Of a DNA stretch of 64,000 nucleotides, positions 23,888 through 37,734 are shown piece by piece. The translations under genes were made by a program, and so were the position numbers. The notes beneath the pieces are model-generated. The model saw only the letters and a list, made by a program, of their open reading frames with translations. It did not search any database and was not told the DNA's origin. Location of the stretch: NCBI GenBank assembly GCA_023515725.1, contig JALDTO010000142.1:434001-498000 (forward strand). The letters run 5' to 3'. Origin of the DNA: Amoeboaphelidium protococcarum X5 (lineage: Eukaryota > Fungi > Aphelidiomycota). Numbering within the stretch: position 1 is the stretch's first letter; every line of letters starts with the position of its first letter.

Positions 23888-26668
23888 ATGAGGATATTTT
23901 AGTAGCGATTGTATTTTATAATTGTGCTGATGCTTGGAAGTGTAATTGTCGATATAAGAGTAAATGGCTTGTTGCGATTACGAGAGAAGAAATTTCAAGC
24001 TATGTAAGAACAACAAGAGATGACTTAATAGTCATCGTAATAGTAATAGTCATCACAATAATCATCCTAATAGTCATCCTAATAGTCGTAAGAACAGCAG
24101 ACATCTACTTCTGGAATGTAAATGATTAACGGCAAGCCAATGATTGTAATGGATGGAAGCCCGCGAAGTAAGGAATTGTTAGGAGACGCGCTAGAAGCTG
24201 GAATAAAGGGTGGGGCTGCTGCAGGTGGTGGATCTCCTCCTTAAAGAGCGTAACCTCAACCTCCGGCACCGATTGCACCTCCTGCACAGACATGGTAAGC
24301 TCCATCTCCCGCTCCTATTGCACCTCCTCCGCAGACATGGTAAGCTCAACCTCCGGCTGCAGTTCCACCTCCAGTACCTGCTACTCCACCTCCACCTCCA
24401 CCTAAGCCGCCTGTAGTGAATGAATAGTAGAATCCGGCGGAGTCAAATCCTAGACCTTAGCGTACACCCGACTCTGATAGTGCAGTGCAGACTCCAAGGA
24501 ATAGTGCTAGAGCTAGAAGTGGCACAGCGAGACCTAAAACGCCTGCGGCTTCTCAGGTGCGTCAAACACCTACTCCATCTGCATAACCTCCTCCATCTGA
24601 GCCTTCACCTTCACCCTCACCTTCTCCGTCTGCAATTTAGCCAACACCGGCTCCTCCGCGTTCGCCTGCCCCTTCGATATCACCGGTCGCGTCTAATCCA
24701 TCTTCATCACCTGCTACCCGTACTGCTGCTGCTGCTTAGTCACCAGGAGCAGTAAGTGCTCAAGAAATGTAGTCAAGGACGCCAGTTGGGCAAGTTCAAA
24801 GTGTTACTAGAAATCCTCTACCGTCCAATACTGTGCCTTCTGTGGCAAGTAGTATCAATGCTGGTAATCCTGGTGCGTCATAATAAACGCAAAGGCCCTC
24901 TTAGACAGTGTAGTAAATTCAGACTGCCTTCCCTTAGCGTTCTAATATTCCGAGCGAGTAACAAAGGACAAGTCAAAACTCTGATTAGAATGCAAGTGCC
25001 AGATCTCAGATCGGTGCTAGTTAGCAGTAGACTGCCACGGACGCCCGTGTATAACCGACTCAGACTCCTTCATAATCTGCAGAAGATGCTGGCAATCGAT
25101 TCTCTAATACGCCGTCATCACTGGACAATAATTAGATACTGCGTGATAATGCAACTTTATCTGATAGGGATGACGCGGGAGGGTAGAGTTTCCCTAATGC
25201 TTCGGACATTAACTCCACAGGTCCTGCGTTCAATAATCAATCTGCCATGTAATTTGAAGGCGATAATCAATTCAATTAGTCAACTAATTTGACTTCTTCC
25301 CTGATCAATGCTGGTAATAATACTAATAATACTTAAGAGGCAGTGTCTCCATTAAATGCGACTTAGTCTACTAATGGTACTAAGAGGAGCAATGCAACTG
25401 CATGGTAGCCTGAAGACTCCTCTGTTGAATATGAGTATTCGTTCAGTAACGGCGTTGCCGTCCCTACTTCTAGTGATGTACAAGATAAGTCTGCATCAGG
25501 TGACACAAGTGACACGATGTAAAAGTCTGATGACATTATAAGTCCTGAAGTGTACAATTATCCAACACAGTATTCTGCTATAATGCCCGCAAAGGTTGAT
25601 GACAGTTAGAGGGATGCCTTCTTTTCTGCACCTGAGAATAAGCAAGTGGTTGAGTAAGCAGCTTCACAGCCTAATAATGGCCTTATCTAAAAGGGTAGAC
25701 CTGGGCTTCAAGTTGATGGTAACGCTGCAGCTTATCAGCAAAAAGCTTTTGAGAGTATGGATTAAATGAATGCTCTGCCAGAGTCCACTGAGTAAGGAGA
25801 AAGAGTAAGAAATCTGCTACCAAGTAGTGAAGGATACGATGGAATGGCTTTGGGTATATCGCCTGATCTTCCACTCCTTGTAATAGCATTCAAGCTCAAG
25901 TGTGGTGATGTCTGCTCCAATCCTTCAGGTCCAGAGCGTGCTAGTTTTGAGAAGAGCTTTAAAGATGATTTGGTTAATTCTCTCTTTTAGTTTAAGATTT
26001 CCGCATCTAATGTCGAAGTATTGAATGTGGCTCAGGTTTTGTAAGTTACAGCTGTGCAATTTACCATTAGTCCTGCTGATGATAGTCAAGATGCTATGGC
26101 TATTGCTGATGCTGTCAGAGCACTTATCAATGACAGAAATAGCACGTTGTATAAAGGTTAAGTCACGCGATCCATTAATCCGAACGTCTTCTCCTCTGAG
26201 CTGATGCGTCCAATGTCTAATAGCGAGCGTTTCTCTCCTAATGGTAAGACTCTGATCATTTTTGTGGTATTCATCACTGTTGGCTTATATTGCGCTCTGA
26301 TGACTGTCTATGTGTTTGCTTACAGGGCGTATAAGAAGCGACTGCATGATGATTAGATCCGGCTGGCCAAAGAGAGAACTCAGTTGAAATCTTGGTATTA
26401 CAAAGACTTGCGCATTGATCCGTCTCACTATCAAATGCAAGGTGAAGATGGCTCGGATTGTGACAGTTTCATGGATGGTATTTAAGATGGCGATGATTAT
26501 CTGTCTTGGAGAAGTGACTAGTTCTCTTCTATGCGATCATCCTAATTCCAGGATAGTGACACATCACCTATCAACGCCGGGTCAAGATTGAGCACTCCCG
26601 GTCAGCTTGAGGGAAGAAGCTCTCGAGATTCTCACGCGTCTTTCCACTCTAATTACAACATGGTTTGA
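23888..26668 (+). CDS. Type I membrane mucin-like protein: signal peptide, Q/S/P/T-rich ectodomain, juxtamembrane SEA/Msb2-like domain, TM, acidic tail
   Basis: 926-aa frame; QQSS and PIAPP.QTWQA repeats; ALINDRNSTLYKGQVTRSINP; TM LIIFVVFITVGLYCALMTVYVFAY followed by RAYKKR. Confidence 0.8.
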
Positions 26669-26933
26669 TCTACTCTGGAGATATCAATTTATCCACTGTA
26701 TTAACACATTAAGTCTCAGACTTATCGCGTTTGTTTAAATAAATTCCATTGTGATTATTTGTGTTTTCACTATCTCTTGATAATATTCCGGTTACCTTTT
26801 TCTGTCTTCCTCTCTCTTTGATCTCTTTGATTGATTTTCATTCATTGATTTGATTAGAGCGTATTGTTGTGGTATAATATCTTCTTTATCATTTCGCTTG
26901 CCTGATATTTATTGTTGGACTTCAAGAAGGAAA

Positions 26934-28586
26934 ATGATAATGGATCAATAATAGCTTCCGTAATAGTAATAGGTGTAAAGCATGGTACTTTGTTGTTAAT
27001 GCGGTGTTCCCACTCCACAGAACCCGGCTAATATGTGCGTCAATTGCATCCGAAATGATGTGGATTTATCTGATGGAATCGCCAAGTAGCAGGTGGTGAA
27101 TTGGTGCAGAAATTGTGATAGATTCTTATAACCACCTAACTCCTGGGTGACTTGCGCGTTGGAGAGTAAAGAGCTGATGGCACTGCTCCTGCGAAAGATC
27201 AAAGGGCTGAATAAGGTGAAATTGGTAGATGCTTCGTTCATCTGGACTGAGGCCCATTCGCGTCGTCTTATCACCCAGCTGACCGTGCAAGGAGAGCCGT
27301 ACCCGCAGCTGATACTGCAGCAGTAGTTCTAGATTGAATGGATTGTGTAGAACTAGATGTGTGAAGCATGTACCAGACTCATGGCTTAGGATAGTTGGAA
27401 TGCTACAGTGCAGCTGAGATAGAAGGTGAAGCATAAGCGAACATTCTTCTACTTGGAGCAGGTGATATTGAAGCATAACGCGCACAAGGACACCACCAAC
27501 ATCAAAGAGCGTAAAGATGGACTGGACTTTTACTTTGCGCTGAGATAACACGCTCTCAACTTTCTGCACTTCATTCAGGGATAGGCACCGCTGCGAATCA
27601 AGGAAGGTAGCAAGTTGATATCTGCTGACATAAAGAGTAATACTGCTAATACAAAGTTTACAATCAGCGCTGAACTTATCCCCATCTGTAAAGATGATAT
27701 TGTGGTGCTGCCGCTCAGTTTGGCTAGATCTCTTGGAAGCATTAGTCCTTTGGTGATGTGTACGCGCGTCAGAGGTGGTGGGTTCACTGTGATGGATGTG
27801 CGTACAGGTCAGCAGGCCGAGGTGTAGAATAATGTCTACTGGCGCGATCCGTTCCCTGCTCTGGTGGAAAGTGGTGTTAAAGGCTCCGGTTCATCTGCTT
27901 TGAGTCCCTTCTTTGTAGTAGATGTGGAAAGACTTGACCAGAATCAGTAGTAACACAGCGACAAGTACGTGATGGCCGATGTCACTGTATGCAGATGTAC
28001 TCAGGTGAGCAAGGAGCAGTAGCTGAGTGAGATGGATATTGACTTTGATAACTAGTACATTGTGAGAAGTCATCTGGGCGCTATTCTGAAGGAGGGTGAT
28101 TATGTTCAAGGCGTATCGCTCTTGCATTCCAACTTCAATTCAGATATCTGGGATCAGTATTACGCCAAGGCGCAGACTGGTAGTAAGCAATTTGCGCAGA
28201 TTCCTGATGTGATCCTGATCAAGAAGCTATTTGAAGGCACAAATAAGAAGAATGGTAAAAAGAAGCGCAAGTGGAAGTTGAAGCGTATTGCGAATGGTAT
28301 GGAGGCTGGCGGAGAAGATGTGGACATGGATATGGATCAGCAGGCGGGAGGTCATAGTGGTGGTAAGAGAATGACAGATGCTGAGAAGAAGGCTCTTGAG
28401 TGGGAAGAATTTATGAACGATATTGAGCAGGACCAGGAGTTGCGTGGTATGATTAATCTGTACAAGAACACTAATCGCAATGCTATGGACACTGAGTCTG
28501 AGGCTGGTGAAGGAGATGGAGGTATTAATCTTGCAGAGTTGTTGGATGATTTGGACATTGATGACACCAACGGTCCAGATCTTTGA
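26934..28586 (+). CDS. NMD3: 60S ribosomal export adaptor Nmd3
   Basis: LCCQCGVP..NPANMCVNCIR, LVDASFIWTEAHSRR, HKRTFFYLEQVILKH, SHLGAILKEGD, FMNDIEQDQELRGMINLYK. Confidence 0.97.
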
Positions 28587-28716
28587 TATTCTTACGTTAT
28601 AATACTCGGTTAGCTCACTAAATTACATGGATAGTCTTTGAGCAGGTTAGTATAAATCAGTTTAAATCAATCTTAATTAAATTCAACACAATTTATTCCA
28701 ATCGACACAATTAAAA

Positions 28717-29760
28717 TCAATTGTTAGCCTTTACAGCAACATTACCAGGAGCGTTAGAGTCATTTTTCAACTGTAACAGGATAGCCTTGAAGCGAGCAGT
28801 ATCACGCTTGACAAGAGCATCGGCGTTACTATTAGTGTTCTGATTACCACCACTACCACCGGCAGTTGAAGTACCAGCTCTGCCACCAGATTAAGCACTC
28901 TTACTAACACCTGCACTCAATGGAGCAGAGTCTTTCTTCATCAAAGATCCGCTAGAAGGTGCATTAAAATCAACCTGATTGCAAACCTTTTCCCATACAT
29001 TGATACCTTCATTAACCTTGGTCTCATCTCTAACTCTCAGGAACGTTTGCTCACTCTCGCGATTAGCAGCAATAGCCTTGGACTTTTACTGGTTGTACTC
29101 TTCATAAAACTTGTCAATCTCCTGACGAGCCTTCTGGATAGTCTCCTCATGCTTCTTCTTCATCTACTCATCCCTAGCCTGGATCTTCTTATCCTACTTG
29201 GCTCTCCACTCTTTCACAGCCTGAGTATCTTCGCGCGGTGTCTGTGCACTGGTTGGAGACACTGTGGCAGACATTGGTCTGTTCTACTACTGTTGTTGTT
29301 GCTGATAGTTGCTACTAATGCTATTACTGTTACTAACCATAGATTCCTTTCTGGACAGGGCAGCGTTATCGAAGGATGAAGCGGAGGTTGGCTGCTCGGC
29401 TCTGACTGATAAAGCTGCTGCAGACTCTTTACGTTATTGTGCAGGCTCCGATGCAGCAGAGCTCATCATGTTCACAGCGTCAAAACCATTAGATCCAGCA
29501 GCTCCTCCAAAAGAGTTTCTATTAGATGAAGCAGCAGTTTAATTCTCAGGACTCAGCAAAGTGTTGTTGTTGTTATTATTACTACCGGCAACATTGCCAC
29601 CACCAAAAAAGTCATCAGTTCCAGCAGTGCCAAACGTCTCCTGCTCTCTCTTTAGAAAGTCATTCATTGCTGCATCTGGATCAAACTCTCCACCAGCTCC
29701 ACTCTGAAGAGTGTTCTAATTGCTCTGCGCATTATCTGAGAATGCATCAAACTAGTCCAT
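28717..29760 (-). CDS. CLC1: Clathrin light chain
   Basis: DPDAAMNDFLKREQETFG, AVKEWRAK..KARQEIDKFYEEY, WEKVCNQVDF, RDTARFKAILLQLKND.NAPG. Confidence 0.9.
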
Positions 29761-30035
29761 TTTGTACACTTATTATTTCAATGCTTTTTAATTACAATAA
29801 AGTAAAGCCACTTTATTACACAGTATACTGATGAATGCTACAGTTGAATTTAACAAAACTGTTGACTGAGAGATTTAGAGACAAAAGAACGAGTGAAGAG
29901 AACGAGGAAAGAGAGAAACGGAAGAAGCGAAACAAAGAAACAACTTGACATACTCTATAGGTAGAAAATGAGGATTTCACCTATCAGAAGTAAGTGGATA
30001 AACGCGCATGTTCTAAACCATGCATAAATTACACT

Positions 30036-32848
30036 TCACCATTAATGATTCTGCTTGAACTGTATAGCATTTTTTATCACTTCTTGCGGGACACCTGAAA
30101 ATCTGGCAACATCAATACCGTGAGAATTAACACTGACACCCGGGGTGATAGTGTGATTGAAGAAGAGGCGACCATCACGAACATCAATATCAGCCTTGAG
30201 AAACTAAATCTTTGACTATTCACTGGCTGAATTATTTTGGTACAGAGAGGTCAGTTTGTGGTAATGTGTGGCAAATAGCGTTCGACATCCAGTTGTTACG
30301 AGCTGATCAATGGAAGCTTTACTAATAGCGAAGCCGTCCTCATACGATGTCCCTCTTCCTAGTTCATCTATAAGCACTAGTGATTTATTAGAGCACTGAC
30401 TCAAAATGACAGCCAATTCGTCCATTTCCACCTTGAAGGATGACTGATTACGAGCAAGATTATCAGCGGATCCTACTCTGGAGTAAATTGCATCGACGAT
30501 TCCTATATCAGCACTGTGGGCAGTCACGTAGAATCCGCATTAGGCCATTAGAACGATTAAAGCATTCTGCCTCAGAAACGTAGACTTTCCACCCATATTT
30601 GCACCAGTCAGGATGGCCATCTAGCCATGATCAATTTGGGAAAGCTCAAGAGAGTTGGATGTATACGATCGAGCAGAATCTTGTAAGACAGATTCCAGAA
30701 CTGGATGTCTGCCGCCAACAATGGATAAATTCTGATGCTATGCTGATAACTTTGGCCGAGTCCAGTTGAAATCAGTAGCAAGTTGAGATATAGCACAGCT
30801 AAGATCTTACGTAGATAAGTGTGCATCAAATTTTAGTAACTAATCTCTTAGACTCAACACCTACTGCTTTACAATATCGAATACATTCCTCTCCACATCT
30901 AGATATTAATTGTATACAGATTCAACTTCAGTACAATTCTCAGTCCATTACTAATATCTAAATCTGAATTTTTTTACTCTGCTTGATCCTCCTAAAGTCT
31001 AGAGGTGCTTCATACCAAGCGCTTGGTAATGCGAAGACAATAGTGACGGAACGCTCTGACTAGACTCGATTTCAATGTAAGGGCCTAGTGGCTTCTTTAC
31101 GTCAAAGTTAACGCTTTATTTACTTAAAGTTACGCCAGAGAGCTCCTGTATGCAATCAACTAAATGGTGCTTGATAGCATCAGACTAATCTTTGGTGTGG
31201 ATAAATTTCTCCTTGATCCACATCAAATCCGGATTACATTCTGGATTTAACACACCAGGCTTAGATATTGATTTTTGAAGCAGATTCACATCTAAATCTG
31301 ATTGTATATACTCTGTAGGTAGAACGAAAGACAAGAATTATCGCAATTATTATAGCTACTCTTTGTCCACATCTAATCCATCTTCGACACCACAAGATAC
31401 ATCCAGTGCGTGTAAATGATTGTGGATAACTCCCAAATGCCAAGGACCACCATACCCAAGAGCCAAATTCTGAAGAGCTTGTGCCATGTTATATCTGCAG
31501 TATTGAGACAGAGCATCACGAATAGATTTTGCCACGGCAGGTTAAGTTTGAATGAGATCAACTTGATCTAATCGCCGTTAAAGCAATTATACATCTGTTG
31601 ATGGATTTAAAAGTCGCCGTTTGAGAAGAGTCCGTCCAGCTGGTGTCTAACAATGCCTCTTGATTAGCCCATATAGAGTATATGAAGTACTTGAGTGTCC
31701 ACTTGTATTACTTTGAATCTGAGAAAATATTTCTAGAGAGTTCACCGTCCATGGATCCATTCTGACGCAATCTGTATTAAACGGACGCGGTAAGTTGAGC
31801 AGCGGCAAAGATCCACCGTGGGACTGTTCAATAAAACGAAGAAGGGAAGCACACGATTTTAATGCGTCTTCTTACTACAGTTTACCATGAATACCAAGAT
31901 CATTTAAGAACTTCTTTTGGGCAGCATTAGAGCTGATTGAAAATATCTTATCAAGATACTACAGACCATCTTTATCGCATACCGACACGGCGCTTGTATC
32001 TTCATGTACTACAGAATCAGGTGATGCCTCCTTAATTTACTTTGAAAGAGATTAATTACACGCATTAGAACTGATGATAACTTCAGCTGGTCTAATGGAC
32101 GACAATTTCGACTAGAATTAATCACCAGGCGAGCATCCCATGTAAAAATCTCCGCTCAGAACATCAATCAGGCTGTAACATATTTAATCATCTCGGTTAC
32201 TAGAAAATAATGACAGAATACTGTGCTTGTTAATAGATTGTTAAGATTACACTTAGTCTTCTTCTTATACAAGAGATTCTTCAACCACAGTACCAGTTGT
32301 AAATATTCGGTCAACATGACGAGTGATCAATCTCTCACCATTATTCTATACGCGATGATATTACTCAAATTTGGCGACAGAATACCCTTAATCCAAAAGC
32401 ATTTTAACGTAATCAGCCATTTTGTACTAAGGGAATCCACAGAATACAACTTCTTAACCAGAATCTGCGCGCCTTGAACCGGCAGCCATCCTCGCCAACT
32501 TTATATTCAACAGCCGAGACACCAATTAACCTTGTTCAAAATAGAACTCATAAAAATCCTACATATCGCAAAGTTCTAGTTCAAGTTGATATACGTCAAA
32601 TATAGAATATAAATTACGCCAACACGAGCCATGAGTAGATGCTATTTATGCTGCAGTTGGGCCTCGCGAATCGTAGAGTAAAAGTTGTTGCTTTAAACTG
32701 GATTAACTTCAGAATCCTTCTCTTTATAATCATAATCTTTGGCATTCACACTCAGATGAGATTACTGCCTAGCAAATCCTATTGACTAAATACTTGTACA
32801 AGAAGCTTAACGCTTAACAAGCACAACATAAGGGCGTAATCTCAGCAT
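30036..32848 (-). CDS. MSH1: MutS homologue, mitochondrial type (MSH1); intron 32617-32559
   Basis: Spliced MARVG|DFYEFYFEQG (F-x-E mismatch motif), FCGFP, TGANMGGKSTFLRQ, QSSFKVEM, IDELGRGTS, FATHYH; basic N-terminal presequence. Confidence 0.9.
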
Positions 32849-32910
32849 CTCAATGATCAAACGCCTGCCTTATGCAAGTCTAAACTTGAAACAAAAAAAG
32901 AAGAAGGGCG

Positions 32911-32974
32911 ACGCGTTTCGTTGTTGCGAGAGTCTGTAAATTGCCTGAAACTGTAAAGAGGCCACGAAACGCGT
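32911..32974. promoter_or_regulatory. Putative G1/S elements upstream of MSH1: ACGCGT (32911), CACGAAA overlapping ACGCGT (32963-32974)
   Basis: MCB/SCB consensus matches 63-126 nt upstream of a DNA-repair gene. Confidence 0.35.
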
Positions 32975-33023
32975 ACTGAAATGTATAATTACAATCTATT
33001 TGATACTATGATGTGGATTATTC

Positions 33024-34082
33024 TCATACAATGTGATCCTTGCTAGAGACGCCAACAATGAAAGTTGAATTTAAGAGACGTTAGACTAGTAAGGCGAAAG
33101 GATACGAAACGTATATCATTGACATGTACGTAAAATCTTCAGCCAGCATTACCATTGTAACAATGACGATGATAGCATGAGTAACTAATACTTGATATTG
33201 CAAGGTTTATGATAAATCAAGTCCCCGGCTCTTAAATAACTATTAACCCAATCGATACAGAATAAAAGTATTTATAATATCCAGGCTAATATATAGAGCG
33301 TTTACTAAAAATCCATTAGATACGATGTTGTGAGAGTGCATCATCACAATCTCCTCTCTAACATCATCAGCCTAAAGTGGAATTCCACCAGCATCCCACT
33401 CACTCTGTGGATAGAGTTCAAATCGACTCTATTTATTCTGATCCAGTCGTTGTTCAAACACTTCGGAAGGAGGATTTAACCAGCCGGGACTGCGATAGGA
33501 ACTTATACACACAAAAACAATCAGCAAAGTCATGACCATATTAATAATCATATGCCATGAATTCTCGGTATTCAGCGCGTTACCACCAGATTTATGTAAA
33601 GTTCCACCAGATGCACCAAAATTAAAAGGAACGTAGGTTGTGGAATCTATTCCAACCAAAGAGCCAGAAGCTAAACTAGCAGATTTTTGTATGATACACT
33701 ATATGGTGGACTCAAACTTTATATAAGCATATGGTCTTCGCTGTTTCAACACATGCTGTAAGTCATATTCAGAAGTGAAATTCTTTATTACCTCTGATAG
33801 AAGGTATCCAACCTTCTTGGTGCCTTCATACTGCTATCGCGATGCAGAGTTTAAATTAAGCATATAAAAAATACCGCAGTCAATGTGCACATACCAGATA
33901 GACTATGATGATGATGATGATATTGAAGCACAAAAGGTGGTGGGAACATTCGGATGCATTCTCACTTAGCGACACAGCTCTTTACTCTCAGCTCTGACTT
34001 GAGTCATTACAGAGTCGCCTTGATCGCTCAAAGTCTCAGTAAGGATAAGACCATCATGTGCTCTATACAAGCAGATGTACAT
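33024..34082 (-). CDS. Sec22-type longin domain protein with several C-terminal TM segments and no evident SNARE motif
   Basis: MYICLYRAHDGLIL..AESKELCR..RRPYAYIKFES (Sec22 longin/RPY motif); hydrophobic segments downstream. Confidence 0.75.
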
Positions 34083-34447
34083 TATCCGATAACTTCCAAT
34101 GTAAATATTTAGTCGCACGTACCGAGTAAAACCGTTCAAGATGTTCGACAAGAGACGAATACCGTAGCGAGCAAATGATAAATACAAGGTCACGATATAA
34201 TAAGGATGGCAAAGCGAAGGAGAGAAACCTAAATAGCAAAGCTGAAACTACGCGCGTTGGGCAATAGAGCTTCAATCGATTCAGCTTTGATGCTCGAGAG
34301 AAGTCTCGCTCTTTATCTTAAACCAGGTGGACTTCGGCTCTACTCGTTTGTAAATCTTTGTTACAACGGAACATAAACAGATATCGAATTCTTCGTTCAT
34401 TTAAGAATAACTTTCTGCTATAAATCTTTATCGCCATCAAGTTGGAG

Positions 34448-36451
34448 ATGAGTAAACTGTAAGAGAGTAATACTGTGTAGTAGGAGTAGGTGAACTGGCT
34501 CAAAGAGAAGTTGGCCTAGAAGGATTAAATATATGCTGGACTGTCGGAAACTTTTCGCTCACGTAAATAGATGAGAAATCTGGTACAATGTACCTATGAG
34601 TTGGAAAGTATGTCCGAGTGCTGTATGGCCGTCAACTCATATCTCGATAATGGAGCGATGAATGAAGACTGGTGGGTGGCGAGGAACAGAGGTCATTTGG
34701 CTGTGACGGAGTAATAGTAGTAATAGTAAAAATAGAACATTCAGTCTGAGACATCTGAATCTTCCCTTAAAGTTGACTAGTAGTAGTAATAACAATTCAA
34801 AAGATAGCTGAGTTTTGCAAGTAAGTACGTTCCAAGTCCATCGCAATCCACACCGTAACTTCAACTTCATCATAATAGTGGCGATGAGACGGAGACGATA
34901 TAGAATGTTATTGACGTGATTGTTATTGGCATAAAAGCCAACTTGAAAGCTTATAAATCTCATAAAGCTCTATTTTATGCTGAGAAGATGCGCGATGTTA
35001 TCAAGGAGTTGGATTCTTCCCTTTATAAGGAGTACTATGTGAAATACAGCTGCTTTATGGGTCTAATCTATGCTAAACTTAGTCTGGAGACTCCAGATGA
35101 AGATATTTACCAGAATGTGAAAAGTACTGCCAAATCTCATTTAAATGAAGCTTATGAATTGTCAAAGGGGCAAGATGCATAAGTGCTCTATTCTCTGGCT
35201 CTTTATTACATGCATAGTGGTCAGCCTGATCAGTCACTCTCTTACATTGATTAATGTTTAGCTCAGAATGCTGGAAACGTTCATGCGGTTCATTTAAAAG
35301 TTTTGAGTATTGCGGCAAATGGTTATTAGAACATGTCATAAGCTTTAAATTGTATTCGCCAATTAGAGTCATCTCTTATCGGTAAGGAAGACACTACGCC
35401 TGATCCTTTAAGAGTTATGCGCGGATTGAATAAAAGTCAGTAAGATGCATATTTGAATTTGAAAATAACAGAGTGCGTACTATTAGAGTATTGTCAAGAG
35501 CATGATCTCCGTGCTATGGATGAGAGTAATCTATCGAAAGAAGTTCTAAAGCGTTACAAGCAGTTGTTTGACTTGTACAAGATTGTGTATGTCCCGGATA
35601 AGATTGACAATGATGAGTATGGAGCAACATTGTCTCTTATGGATCAAGGTATATCTGAAGTTCTTTTATTTGAAGATTTTCCGGCCGTCTTATCGCTGTA
35701 TCCCAATCTGTTACCGTAGAGTGATACCCGTGGCTTCCTGATGCAGACGGCCTTCTTCCCTCATAGACGAAAGTTGGATGATCTCTCTCAGATCAATGAT
35801 CCTCGTAGTCGTTCGCTGCACCGTCGCCGTATGAAATCTAGATTTATTGAGTTGTGGCTTATGTTGGCTTAATGGCACAGACGGCATTAGAAGTTTAGAG
35901 AGGCTTAGATTTGCTGCGATAATGCTAGAAAAGTTGAGCCAACCTGCGCTGATGTACAGTGTGAACTTGGATTGCTGGCGATATATTCCTCAGGCGGTAA
36001 AGTGGATCTTGAAGAATTTTTTTAGGAACTAACTCAATTAGATCAAAGTGAGCAGTAACAGAGTGGTGATTAATCTAACACGAGTGATCAATTGCTGAAA
36101 GTGATCTAGTAGCTAACCCCTTCTGTCCTGGAACAGGCACGAGGCAATTTCGAGGCTGCTCTGAATTATGATCCTTGTCATTTGAGTGCAAGAACTCTAC
36201 TTGGATTGATATACTTGGCTGATGATAGACTGGATCTGGCAAAGTCTGAGCTAATGATTGCCATCCGCAATGGTCGCTTGAGAGGAAGTCGTGTCTGGCA
36301 GGCTCATTATTTTATGGCCAAGATACATGAACGTAAAGATGAACAGATGAAGACGCAGCACTACATGGAACTGTCGCAGCAGAACCAGGAATGCGATATA
36401 TTCGATGTGAGCGTTTTACGCGGAGTGGAGGTGCTTCCGACCTTGTTATGA
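34448..36451 (+). CDS. TPR protein, TTC7/Ypp1-like (PI4-kinase scaffold family)
   Basis: TPR-like helices VLYSLALYY..VHLKVL, IELWLMLAQW, ARGNFEAALNYDPCH..LGLIY, WQAHYFMAKIH; start codon uncertain. Confidence 0.6.
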
Positions 36452-36538
36452 CTATTAAAAATTGAATGAAAAGCTAATTGTTGAATTGACTTTTTTGGTT
36501 GATCTATTTATCGCTTTTTTAGAGAACACTCTAGAAGA

Positions 36539-36574
36539 TACTCTTATTTTTACAGCTACTCTTATTTTTACAGC
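36539..36574. repeat. 18-bp tandem duplication (TACTCTTATTTTTACAGC x2)
   Basis: Direct inspection. Confidence 0.85.
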
Positions 36575-36606
36575 TATATCCCTCAGTATTTAGTGCCGAG
36601 GCAGAA

Positions 36607-36990
36607 ATGATACGATCGTGTGTGTTTAAATGGAACCGAAGATTTAAATCTGTGCAGTAGGAAGTGGAAGGTGAACCATCTCCATCATCAAAAGTTGACG
36701 CGTTAATCTACTGCATCAAGGCTCTGGGAATGGCGACTGCTATAACATCGCTAGTCAGCGCATCACTGTTCTATTGCGCCCGACACAAGTATGATATAAA
36801 GAGTTTAGAAGACGCGTCGCAGGTGGCCAATCTCAAGATGAATCAATTGAGAGAATATCTCGGTGTACCAGCCGTCCCTATGAAGGAAATGTCTGATTAA
36901 GACAGGGAAGATGAACAGGCACTGTACGATTACTTTAACTCACCACCATCTTCATAGTCTGAAAATGGTGAAAGCAATAATACTGTATGA
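36607..36990 (+). CDS. Small mitochondrial-type membrane protein, TMEM242/Aim11-like
   Basis: IKALGMATAITSLVSASLF..DIKSLED pattern; Arg-rich N-terminus. Confidence 0.55.
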
Positions 36991-37143
36991 CTAAATGCTC
37001 ATAAATATATTTTGATGTGAATAAATTCTATAATTTCTGCAATTCTTAGAGTTATATCAATATCGTCATATCTTCATCGGCTCTTTTCACTTTGTGATAA
37101 ACTCGTAAACGAATCATTATTTATCTAAGTGATCATTAGCAAA

Positions 37144-37623
37144 ATGGAGTATCCAAAGAGGCCATCCACGTAGATCCATATGGACAGGTAGTAATTGAAA
37201 GAAATCGAAGACAAGAGGCTGGATGTGACGACAAAATATACTGAATAAGAGTTGGGTTTCACTCCCACCAGAATGGACATGATGCCTCCCACAGTCCTGG
37301 ATCACATCTATTTTAAAATGCGCGAACATCCCATGATACCTCTCACCTTTGCAGTGACACTGGGCTCATTCGTTATGATGGCCAGACACAGGAAGAATAG
37401 CGCTGAATTAAACAGATGGGGACGATGGCGCATTTCGTCATAGGCCGCCTGCTTCGTGTCTCTGTTTTACGCAATGTATCAGGATGAGAGTGCCAATCGA
37501 TAGAGTTCTAATTCTAATGGTGATGGTAGTGGTGGTAGCTTTGGATGGATGCCATTCTAATGGTTCCAAGGTAATGATAAAGCTAGCCAAGATTTAAAAA
37601 AGAAGTATTTTGAAAAACATTGA
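37144..37623 (+). CDS. HIG1-domain mitochondrial protein (Rcf1/HIGD-like)
   Basis: KMREHPMIPL..LNRWGRWRISSQ (conserved Q is TAG); two TM segments. Confidence 0.8.
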
Positions 37624-37734
37624 TATCATTGTTGAATAATATTGTATTGCGATTGTGGTTTTTTACCTCTCTCTCTCTTTGTGCTTTCTGTTGTACTTTC
37701 TCTACAGTTCCATCTTTACGGACTAATAATAATA

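Noticed and set aside
24210-25292. Leu/His/Arg-rich ORFs in the track
   Set aside because: Off-frame readings of the Pro-rich mucin-like gene
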